64,000 nucleotides of DNA from a virus. Position numbers and translations under genes: made by a program. Below the pieces are notes generated by a model. That model was not told where the DNA came from, did not search any database, and worked only from the letters and a program-made list of their open reading frames with translations. Position 1 is the first letter of the stretch, and every line of letters begins with the position of its first letter. This document shows, piece after piece, positions 55,193 to 62,541 of this stretch. The stretch lies in the IMG/VR virus record IMGVR_UViG_3300050821_000645, one strand, 5' to 3'.

Positions 55193-55417
55193 TTAAAAAC
55201 CTTTAACCTTGCTAATTTCGTCTGCTGCATCCATCAGCAGGCCACGTATCTGCTCGTGCTCGGTCCCGCGCAATCGCTCGGCTGTGCTATACAGCGACGA
55301 AATAAGGTTCTTGCGGCGCGCTTTCACGCACCGGCATGCGAACCTGTTGCCGCTGCCGCACTCTTGACAATCTGTATAGCTACTCACTTCACTTTGACTC
55401 CTGCTCCGTGCACTCAC
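55193..55417 (-). CDS. small zinc-finger protein
   Basis: CQECGSGNRFACRC. Confidence 0.35.
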   Translation of the reverse strand: MSARSRSQSEVSSYTDCQECGSGNRFACRCVKARRKNLISSLYSTAERLRGTEHEQIRGLLMDAADEISKVKGF

Positions 55418-55655
55418 TGGTGTCTATGAAACCATCACCGCATCGCCTGATGTACGCCGTTCCGCCGTCTACAGCGAATGACCATGTGGTCTCACCAGGC
55501 ACATCCACCAGCTTATCATCCACCCACCTGCGGCGCTGCGCTGGCTTGACGGCGCAGTAGTGCACCTGGAAATCGTGCCGGTGGCGACTCTCTATCTCTG
55601 TGCCGCAGTGTACGCACTTAGCGCTATTGCGTATGATACGCGGGAGTTCGCTCAC
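55389..55655 (-). CDS. zinc-ribbon protein
   Basis: CVHCG...C...C; GTG start overlapping NAMPT-like stop (track ORF 55389..55715). Confidence 0.35.
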   Translation of the reverse strand: MSELPRIIRNSAKCVHCGTEIESRHRHDFQVHYCAVKPAQRRRWVDDKLVDVPGETTWSFAVDGGTAYIRRCGDGFIDTSECTEQESK

Positions 55656-57145
55656 CGCCGCAGCCTTCCACGGATGTCTGCCAGCGTGTGCTTCTTCTTG
55701 AACTTGCCGTTGCACCAGACCTCCTCCAGGAGGTTGCCGGTCATCTGGTCTGAATCTTTGCGCAGGCCATCGATCAGGTGCAGCTTCCCAGGGGCGTCGA
55801 CGAACTCGGCCACAGCAAGCCGTCCACGGGCGCTGCGCTTGACCCCGTCATCTGTCACCGGGTCCTTGAATAGCTCGTGCTCTACGCCGTTTACCTGCGC
55901 CCAGGTAGCCTTCATCGCGAACCCAAAGGTATCCCGGGTGACGTACTGGTAGTTGTAGCTACCCACACCGAATACCACGTTCGTGGACGCGAATCCCTTG
56001 GCCTTTAGCCGCTCGCAGATCTGCGCCGCCCGGTCGCGGTTAATGCTGTCCCCGTAAATCGCGCCGATGTGCTGATCCAGGACTTTGTACCCAGCCTCAT
56101 TAACGGTGCCGCCGAAGATGTTCCACAGGGTCTCGACAACCCCCGCGTACCGGGCGTCGCGCTCCGGCCGAAAGTCGGCTGTCATGATCTCCGGCTTCTC
56201 GGTGCCGCACAGGATGTCGACCGGGTCTCCGCTGTCCGGCCTTATCACAAGCTTACCATTGCGCGCCAGAATACGATACTTGAGCTGCGGCAGGATGTAC
56301 GCCAGCACCTTCCACAGGTCCCAGGTGTCGCTGACCACGCTCAGGATTCCTGACGGGTACACGTCGAGCAGCCGCTCGAAAGTAGCTAGCTCTCCATCCT
56401 GACCACCCGCGCACATAACGCTGTGCTCGGTAGCGGCTACGCTACCACCGAGACCAGGTTGCCCATAGTAATACCGCTCAAGTAGCTGTATTGCTGGTAC
56501 GGTGTCGGTGCCGGTGAAGCTGAGCAGATGTCCTGCTCCACTGAGAGCCGCATCCTCTGGGCCAGACATGCCCCGAAAGCTGAAGTCGTGGCCCTGCCAA
56601 TTGATGAAGCCAGGATCGCCTCCAGTTCGCTGAGCATATAACTCAAGGGTCTTGCGGAAAGCGTGAGCTGTTGTTGCGCTTGTGCAGGCTTTCCAGAGGA
56701 CGTTGGAGAGGATGGTCTCGAAGTAGTTGGTAACCCAGAAGAACTCAGGAATTGTGTTCTCCACTGTGAACATAGGCACCCGGAGAGGGACGCGAGTTCC
56801 TTCTGGGAGAGCCTTAAATCGCAGTGGGATATATCCCAGGTCATGGAGATCTGCGATGTGCTGGGTGCCGATATTGTTTGGCCCGAGACCGGAGTCGAGC
56901 ATACGCTGGTATCGCTTACAAACGGCCCCTCGCTGCTTTCCGAAGAAAGTCTCGTTAGCCAGCTCTTGGAAATAGGCTGCGAGAAAATATTGCAGCCCGA
57001 AGAACACAACCTCATTAACGCCTGGTACTCGGCTCGCCCTAGGGGTGAAGTTGGAGTAGACATACTCTGTTCCTTGGGGGTACTGACGACGATGGTCAGC
57101 CTTGTAAAAGTCGAACAGCGAAATAAGGTCAAACATTTTCAGCAT
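55652..57145 (-). CDS. NAMPT-family phosphoribosyltransferase (NadV-like; candidate Namat of NARP1)
   Basis: 497 aa; N-terminus MFDLISLFDFYKADHRRQYPQGTEYVYSNFTPR matches the NAMPT signature (TDSYK.TH..QYP..T..VYSYFE.R). Confidence 0.8.
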   Translation of the reverse strand: MLKMFDLISLFDFYKADHRRQYPQGTEYVYSNFTPRASRVPGVNEVVFFGLQYFLAAYFQELANETFFGKQRGAVCKRYQRMLDSGLGPNNIGTQHIADLHDLGYIPLRFKALPEGTRVPLRVPMFTVENTIPEFFWVTNYFETILSNVLWKACTSATTAHAFRKTLELYAQRTGGDPGFINWQGHDFSFRGMSGPEDAALSGAGHLLSFTGTDTVPAIQLLERYYYGQPGLGGSVAATEHSVMCAGGQDGELATFERLLDVYPSGILSVVSDTWDLWKVLAYILPQLKYRILARNGKLVIRPDSGDPVDILCGTEKPEIMTADFRPERDARYAGVVETLWNIFGGTVNEAGYKVLDQHIGAIYGDSINRDRAAQICERLKAKGFASTNVVFGVGSYNYQYVTRDTFGFAMKATWAQVNGVEHELFKDPVTDDGVKRSARGRLAVAEFVDAPGKLHLIDGLRKDSDQMTGNLLEEVWCNGKFKKKHTLADIRGRLRR

Positions 57146-57998
57146 CCTTCAGTATCTTATCGATCACGGGCTGCAATGATACCACATACAGTCTATTGGG
57201 GTCATGCACGGTGCCGGTGATATCATTACGCTGCCAGCTGTCGGTGGTCATGATTAGCTCATACTTGGGGTGTATCGCATTCAGGCCCTTCGAGAAGATG
57301 CCGTGCGATACCCACAGAGCCAGCTCGCTGTCCTTAGCGTATGGATCCTTCACGAACTCCTCAGCCAGCAGGTTGAATGTGCCGCCGCCGTCGCAGATGT
57401 CATCTATGACCACATACGATCCAGGTCCCGGTAATGGTGGCATCTTAAAGCCGGTGAACTTACCGGTGGCGAAGTCTCGTGTCTTCTCGCACACGATCAC
57501 CGGGTTACGGATCTGTGCGGCATCGGCCGTATCCTGCGCCCGTCCGATAGCCCCATGGTCGGGTGCGATGATGTACGCGTCGCCTGGCGCTGGTGATGGA
57601 TCAATCACCAGATCGCGAGGCATGAAGTTGCGCTTGATACGCAGCCCGGCGAAGTGCACCGATGAATGTAAGTCGAAGGTGTATAAGTTGTTCACGTATT
57701 GCCCGAGCATGCGCCCGATCATCTCTCGCGTGACCGGTGTACGGTAGTCGGTGCGGTCCTGACGGGCCCCGGGGAAGTACGGGCAGAACAACCACACCTT
57801 GCGGTTCTTCGTGTGACCCTGGTAGTACAGCGCATTCAGTACGCACATAGCCAGGCCGACGTCGTTCCAGGTGCGCGGCTTGAGAAACAGCAGAGCATCC
57901 CCGAAGTTCTCTGGGATGCGTGCGTGCGGCTCGCCTCCCGGAAAGAAAAAAGTCTCAATGCCGCTGGCTGCGTAGTTGTCGCTGTCGATGACCTTCAT
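57129..57998 (-). CDS. ribose-phosphate pyrophosphokinase (Prs) homologue (candidate Adps of NARP1)
   Basis: 289 aa; PRTase loop YVVIDDICDGGGTF; overlaps NAMPT-like gene by 17 nt. Confidence 0.75.
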   Translation of the reverse strand: MKVIDSDNYAASGIETFFFPGGEPHARIPENFGDALLFLKPRTWNDVGLAMCVLNALYYQGHTKNRKVWLFCPYFPGARQDRTDYRTPVTREMIGRMLGQYVNNLYTFDLHSSVHFAGLRIKRNFMPRDLVIDPSPAPGDAYIIAPDHGAIGRAQDTADAAQIRNPVIVCEKTRDFATGKFTGFKMPPLPGPGSYVVIDDICDGGGTFNLLAEEFVKDPYAKDSELALWVSHGIFSKGLNAIHPKYELIMTTDSWQRNDITGTVHDPNRLYVVSLQPVIDKILKDAENV

Positions 57999-58624
57999 TT
58001 CATCATCCTGTGGTAGATCGACCGAAGGTTCTCTACGTCGGCGATATTGTGCCGCTCGACGGACTCCCAGTCCCCGGCGTCAATAGCCGTACCGACGTCA
58101 GCCCCGGTGATGTCGTCCTCACGTGGGATGCCGAGTACGCGCTCCAGCTCGACCTGCTTGATGTACCCACGGTACCCCATCCACTCCTTCATCGGGTCGA
58201 AGTACCCGTCACGCTGGCTCAGCGCCGCCCTGATAGCGGTCGGAACAGGAACCCGGTTAATGACCATTCGCTGCATCAGGAAGCGCAGATCGAACTCGCC
58301 GTTAAAGGCCACCAGTTGCCCCCTGCCTTGGTCTGTGAACGCCAGCGCCACGGCGTGCAGCATCCCAAGCTCGTCGTCGCCGTACACACACTTCACCGAA
58401 TTGGTGCCAACGGCCCACGCAAAGCTCGCCAGTCGGCCATACGTCCCGTCTAATGACGTCTGCTCAACAGCGGCGAGCTGCGCCGCCGGGGCCTTCTCCT
58501 TCCACCAGGCAGCCAGTGTCTCAGCCTTGGAGATGTTGCCAGGGGGCTGCACGGACGCCTTCAGCCGCGCGATCACCGCAGGGTCACTGGTGCGCCTAGT
58601 CTCGCAGTCGAAGAAGATACTCAC
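57995..58624 (-). CDS. DEDD-type 3'-5' exonuclease (RNase H-like)
   Basis: SIFFDCETR (Exo I), YHRMMK C-terminal region (Exo III-like); 209 aa; 4-nt overlap with Prs-like gene. Confidence 0.55.
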   Translation of the reverse strand: MSIFFDCETRRTSDPAVIARLKASVQPPGNISKAETLAAWWKEKAPAAQLAAVEQTSLDGTYGRLASFAWAVGTNSVKCVYGDDELGMLHAVALAFTDQGRGQLVAFNGEFDLRFLMQRMVINRVPVPTAIRAALSQRDGYFDPMKEWMGYRGYIKQVELERVLGIPREDDITGADVGTAIDAGDWESVERHNIADVENLRSIYHRMMK

Positions 58625-59118
58625 GCCTGCGCCTTCAGGGACTTCAGGTACTGGTTGACGTTGCGCAGCGTTATCCGGTGCTGAGCGCTGGGCTTACGCT
58701 CTACCCACTCACATTCTACTGCATCGAAGTACTTCATGCTGTTGCGGTCCACAAACACAAGTCTGTACCCGTCCTGGCCGAAGAAATCATCAGGCTCGAT
58801 GGTGAAATCAGGTACCTCAGACCTGCTCCAGATTGCCCTAAATCCACGGCGATTGAACCATGGATCCAGTGCGCACTGCCCGGCCGCGCATCCAATGGTC
58901 CCGCAGGGCGTCTTGCGCAACCAGTCAGACATGTCGAAGTGCTTCTCGATCTGGTGCTTACTAAGGTTGCGCAGCACGTGCCGCACACGCTCCCAGCGCT
59001 CGATCTGCTCTTCGCGCGTCAGCTCTACGAAAAGCCTGCTGTCCTCTATACGGGGGCGGCCACGTCCGCGTTGCGGGATAACCGCAACTGGTGTGAGGTT
59101 GATTGTCTGCATTGTCAT
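58621..59118 (-). CDS. hypothetical protein with N-terminal GRGRPR (AT-hook-like) motif
   Basis: 165-aa ORF. Confidence 0.4.
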   Translation of the reverse strand: MTMQTINLTPVAVIPQRGRGRPRIEDSRLFVELTREEQIERWERVRHVLRNLSKHQIEKHFDMSDWLRKTPCGTIGCAAGQCALDPWFNRRGFRAIWSRSEVPDFTIEPDDFFGQDGYRLVFVDRNSMKYFDAVECEWVERKPSAQHRITLRNVNQYLKSLKAQA

Positions 59119-59140
59119 CTCAAAAATCTCCTGTGTCAGT

Positions 59141-59470
59141 TTAGCAGCGTTTCCACTGCGCTCTATCGTACGTTCGTCTCTTGTGACAAGTCGGGCAGAC
59201 TATATCACACTTTGGAATCTCAGCCATCATCCGCCTTGGATGACAACCTTTGGAAATCAGATCCGACATTCTGTGTTGGCTCTCTGCGCCAATACCCTCA
59301 CGGTGGTCGAACTCAAATGGCGTATCAGGATCAGGAGGCTCACCACAATCAACACACGGACTAGCGGAAAGAATCAACGCCCGCAACTTGCGGTTGAAGG
59401 CGTTGTGCCGATTGGCTCTAGCGCGAGACTTCTCGCGTTGCTCCACCTGGTTGTCCATGTAGTAGCTCAT
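59141..59470 (-). CDS. HNH endonuclease
   Basis: CVDCGE...FEFDHR...N...CPTCH. Confidence 0.65.
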   Translation of the reverse strand: MSYYMDNQVEQREKSRARANRHNAFNRKLRALILSASPCVDCGEPPDPDTPFEFDHREGIGAESQHRMSDLISKGCHPRRMMAEIPKCDIVCPTCHKRRTYDRAQWKRC

Positions 59471-59481
59471 AAGTCACTGAT

Positions 59482-60141
59482 TTAGAAGGGGATATCGTCA
59501 TCAAAGTCCTGCGCCTGGTTGACGTTCTCCGCAGCCTTCTGCGCGTCGACCTTCTTGATGCGGACCTCGACCTTCTTCTGCAGCCACTCCGGGAGCTTCT
59601 CCCATGCCGCCTGGTCGTGACTGTCCGGGCTGTACGCAACCAAGCCATTGGGACCTGTCGGCTTGCCCAGTGCTGGGTTGGCGGTTATCTTGTCCTTCTG
59701 CTCCTGGATGAGCCCGAACGCGCCCTGGATCTTCGCCCGCACCTTGCCGTCGCGTCCCTCTTCGTGGACGATGGAGAGCTGACACAGCTTACCCAGGATG
59801 GAGGTGACCTCGAATGCCTCTTCCTCTTCCTTGGTGAACGGACGACCGCGCCAGCCTTCGAGGAAGGGACGGAAGTTGCTCTTCTCGCTGATCGAGAGCG
59901 TGAAGAACGTGCCGATGGTTGAGGACCCCTCATGGGTCTGACCATTCTTCTCCCACTTCACTTTCACACCCGGGATTTCGAACCTGATGTAGATCTGGTC
60001 CTTGTCAGGGTACTTCGGGTTGCCGGACGGCTGAACCCCGAGATGCACGATCTCCGTGCAAATCGCCATATGCACACCAGCTGGGACCTGCTCGAAATCC
60101 TTCCCGCCCTTCGCTGATGCCTTGATACTTGTGAACGCCAT
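59482..60141 (-). CDS. single-stranded DNA-binding protein (phage SSB-like)
   Basis: 219 aa ending in acidic tail QDFDDDIPF, the canonical SSB C-terminal partner-binding tip. Confidence 0.65.
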   Translation of the reverse strand: MAFTSIKASAKGGKDFEQVPAGVHMAICTEIVHLGVQPSGNPKYPDKDQIYIRFEIPGVKVKWEKNGQTHEGSSTIGTFFTLSISEKSNFRPFLEGWRGRPFTKEEEEAFEVTSILGKLCQLSIVHEEGRDGKVRAKIQGAFGLIQEQKDKITANPALGKPTGPNGLVAYSPDSHDQAAWEKLPEWLQKKVEVRIKKVDAQKAAENVNQAQDFDDDIPF

Positions 60142-60290
60142 TAAATTATCCTTGAGTTGAGTTGATTAGTAGCTGCAGTTACCAGGAACTCGGCGTACCC
60201 GGGATCTTCGTCCAGCATCTGCTGCTCCAACAATTCCTGTTGAGCCCAGGCGGTATCCAGATCCCAGTCGTCCGTATCCTGCGGCTCCAT
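60141..60290 (-). CDS. small acidic protein
   Basis: about 50 aa (MEPQDTDDWDLDTAW...) from track ORF 60141..60416 trimmed at internal Met. Confidence 0.3.
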   Translation of the reverse strand: MEPQDTDDWDLDTAWAQQELLEQQMLDEDPGYAEFLVTAATNQLNSRII

Positions 60291-60490
60291 TATAGCACAC
60301 TCTCGTGACATGGCACGATCCAGGCGACTGCTGTTATCAAGGACACCATGGCAATAATCATGGTGACGATGACGCCAGGCGCACCGAATCGCTTCTCCGC
60401 CTGAAGTACGATGCATACCAGTAACACGGCAAATGCAGTGACTAGCGACATTCCGCCAATCAGGAACAAGAACACTTGTAGGTGACAGTT
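60290..60490 (-). CDS. small membrane protein (two TM helices)
   Basis: track ORF 60290..60571 trimmed to MNCHLQVFLFLIGGMSLV. Confidence 0.35.
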   Translation of the reverse strand, partial: NCHLQVFLFLIGGMSLVTAFAVLLVCIVLQAEKRFGAPGVIVTMIIAMVSLITAVAWIVPCHESVL

Positions 60491-60494
60491 CATG

Positions 60495-61133
60495 CTAGCT
60501 CTCCAGTGGGTCTGTTTGGTGGTCATCATTCTGGAATGCACCCACCGCGTTCCATCTGCGCCGGATGCCATCGATGCTGCGTGCCGTCAGGCTGATGGTG
60601 CCGTATTGCAGTTCCATGTCGCGCGCCAGTTCCTCGCGCTTCGCCCGCTCCCTCTCCTTGGCCCAGCTGCGCTCCTCCGTGGTGTACGTGGTCAGCACCC
60701 CACCGAAGCCCTTGATAGCGACATACCGTCCCGTGGGGTCAGCGGCACCAAACACCATCGGCGATGGCAGTTTCTCGTACTCCTCGAACTCGTCGTCGTT
60801 CTCGACGGCGGCGCTATCCGGGTCGACGTAACCCTTCACATCCAGCCGGTCGGCGAACATCTGCGCCATGCGCACGCCCTTCGCGAAATCCTTGTGCACG
60901 AGCACCATGTACCGGTACACCAAGCAGTCGTCCTGGAAGGTGACATCGAGCACTGGCGCGAACGGCGCGACCATGTACTCGTAGTCGCCCAGGTCATGCA
61001 TGTGCTCACGGATGTACGCGAACGCGGCCTGCTCCAGCTTGCTACACCGGAAGAAGCGCTGCGCGGCGATGAGGTAGTCGCTGTAGTTGGTGCCCTCGTA
61101 GTTCGCCATCTCTCGCCATGGGGTCAGTTTCAT
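60495..61133 (-). CDS. hypothetical protein
   Basis: 212-aa ORF with GGAGATATCTATG RBS/start. Confidence 0.45.
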   Translation of the reverse strand: MKLTPWREMANYEGTNYSDYLIAAQRFFRCSKLEQAAFAYIREHMHDLGDYEYMVAPFAPVLDVTFQDDCLVYRYMVLVHKDFAKGVRMAQMFADRLDVKGYVDPDSAAVENDDEFEEYEKLPSPMVFGAADPTGRYVAIKGFGGVLTTYTTEERSWAKERERAKREELARDMELQYGTISLTARSIDGIRRRWNAVGAFQNDDHQTDPLES

Positions 61134-61142
61134 AGATATCTC

Positions 61143-61370
61143 CTAGCAGCTCATCATGATGTGCACGTTGTCGGCGCACTCGGCGCACGTAACGCGGATC
61201 TGGGCACCGGCCTGCGCCGGGTCATCGGCGGCGCGCAGCCTCCACGGCGACCTGATGCCGGTCGGGTTGGCGCGGTTGGCGAAGTCCTCGGCCTGGGCGT
61301 CGGTCCATTCGCTGGGGACGCACACCTGCATATCGATCAGGCCGCGCCGGGTTATCATGGCTTCGCTCAT
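61143..61370 (-). CDS. hypothetical protein
   Basis: 76 aa from internal Met MSEAMITRRG of track ORF 61143..61499. Confidence 0.35.
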   Translation of the reverse strand: MSEAMITRRGLIDMQVCVPSEWTDAQAEDFANRANPTGIRSPWRLRAADDPAQAGAQIRVTCAECADNVHIMMSC

Positions 61371-61549
61371 AGCGGCAGCACCTTGGCCTTGACCGCGCCG
61401 AAGCGCACCATCGCCCGCTGGCTCTTGTTGGCTGCTGCCTTGGGCCCCAGGCTGGCGGCAAGCTGCAGGGGGTTGATGGTCAGCTCGACCGTTCGCCATG
61501 TGCCGTTGATGCGGATCACATGGTTGGTTGTTACCTTTGTCTCACTCAT
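61367..61549 (-). CDS. hypothetical protein (first gene of the minus-strand operon)
   Basis: MSETKVTTNHVIRINGTW...; GGAGAGTGATATG RBS/start context. Confidence 0.4.
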   Translation of the reverse strand: MSETKVTTNHVIRINGTWRTVELTINPLQLAASLGPKAAANKSQRAMVRFGAVKAKVLPL

Positions 61550-61616
61550 ATCACTCTCCGTTGGTTGTTCGACGGGCGCTATAGTTTCACGTTTTTTCAG
61601 TGCTGTCAACAAATAT

Positions 61617-61637
61617 AATCGTGTTAAATTTCACAAG
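61617..61637 (+). repeat. 21-bp direct repeat copy 1 (AATCGTGTTAAATTTCACAAG), putative operator/iteron
   Basis: exact second copy at 61772-61792; internal imperfect dyad GTG-N8-CAC around AAATTT. Confidence 0.6.
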
Positions 61638-61660
61638 CTATTTGACAGATTAAAATTTGG
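61632..61660 (+). promoter_or_regulatory. sigma70 consensus-like promoter (TTGACA-17-TATACT) reading rightwards
   Basis: TTGACA 61632-61637, 17-nt spacer, TATACT 61655-61660, in AT-rich divergent intergenic region. Confidence 0.5.
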
Positions 61661-61771
61661 CGGCTATACTTTTTGGGTGGGGGGTGGGGGTCATAGTCTT
61701 AGTCTGCTTCCCAAAGGGGGATACCCCTGTGTCTTTTGCCTTTACTGCCTTCCCTGTCAAATTTTGTGCGA

Positions 61772-61792
61772 AATCGTGTTAAATTTCACAAG
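61772..61792 (+). repeat. 21-bp direct repeat copy 2 (AATCGTGTTAAATTTCACAAG)
   Basis: identical to 61617-61637; ends 3 bp before ATG of gene 61795. Confidence 0.6.
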
Positions 61793-61794
61793 AA

Positions 61795-62055
61795 ATGGTA
61801 ATTGCTGTAGATGGGTGTGATATCCTTTGCGGCATGGATGAGAGTGACAAGCAACACGTCGGCGAGGCGCTGCGGCGCATCTGGGCTGTGCACCGGGCTA
61901 AGTACGGCACAGACGTATTCAACGGCATGTGGGCTGGCCTGCAGGGCATGAGCAGGGCAGACTTCGACAGGGCGCTGGTGCACGTGGAGAGGTACTCCAA
62001 GTGGCCCCCGACGCCTGCCACGTTCTGGGCGGCTCTGAAGCAAGGATGGCTGTGA
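61795..62055 (+). CDS. hypothetical protein (first gene of rightward replication operon)
   Basis: 86-aa ORF. Confidence 0.4.
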   Translation: MVIAVDGCDILCGMDESDKQHVGEALRRIWAVHRAKYGTDVFNGMWAGLQGMSRADFDRALVHVERYSKWPPTPATFWAALKQGWL

Positions 62056-62103
62056 GTAGCATTGAGGGGTTGGAGCGTGCCTTGGCATACCTGAGGGCTG
62101 CAT

Positions 62104-62541
62104 ATGCAAATTGACGAGCTACTGACGCGCTTCGATAAGATCAAAAAGTCGGGGCCTAACAAGTGGATTGCCCGCTGCCCGGCGCACGAGGACCGCAGCC
62201 CCTCCTTAGCCATCAAGGAGGGCGACGACGGCGTGGTATTGCTGCACTGCTTCGCGGGGTGCAGCGTCGACGATGTCTGCGGCGCCATAGGTATCAGCCT
62301 GATGGACCTGTTCCCGCCGACCGACAAGCGGGAATGGTCGGGTGACAAGCCGATCAAGTTCGGGACCGTGAAGTTCTCGGCAATCGATGCGTTGCGTTGC
62401 CTGTCGAGCGAGGGCAGCTTACTGGCGGTTGTCGCCGCCGACATGGCCGAAGGCAGGGTGCTGGGCCCAGACCTCACAGAGAGGCTGTACGTCGCCTGCG
62501 AGCGAATAGCGACCGCCCTGGACTACGTGGAGAACACATGA
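62104..62541 (+). CDS. primase zinc-binding domain protein (CHC2-type zinc finger)
   Basis: WIARCPAHEDRSPSLAIKEGDDGVVLLHCFAGC matches CHC2 primase zinc finger (CPFH.D..PS....); only 145 aa, no TOPRIM domain. Confidence 0.55.
   Translation: MQIDELLTRFDKIKKSGPNKWIARCPAHEDRSPSLAIKEGDDGVVLLHCFAGCSVDDVCGAIGISLMDLFPPTDKREWSGDKPIKFGTVKFSAIDALRCLSSEGSLLAVVAADMAEGRVLGPDLTERLYVACERIATALDYVENT

Noticed and set aside
61676-61692. G-tract GGGTGGGGGGTGGGGG as a CRISPR-like or repeat array
   Set aside because: Single occurrence with no spacer-repeat periodicity. No CRISPR array exists anywhere in the window. Retained only as a possible G-quadruplex in the control region.
60492-61820. 442-aa plus-strand ORF spanning the leftward operon and the AT-rich control region
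   Set aside because: Runs antisense through four well-formed minus-strand genes and straight across promoter and repeat elements. His/Arg/Val-rich shadow-frame composition.
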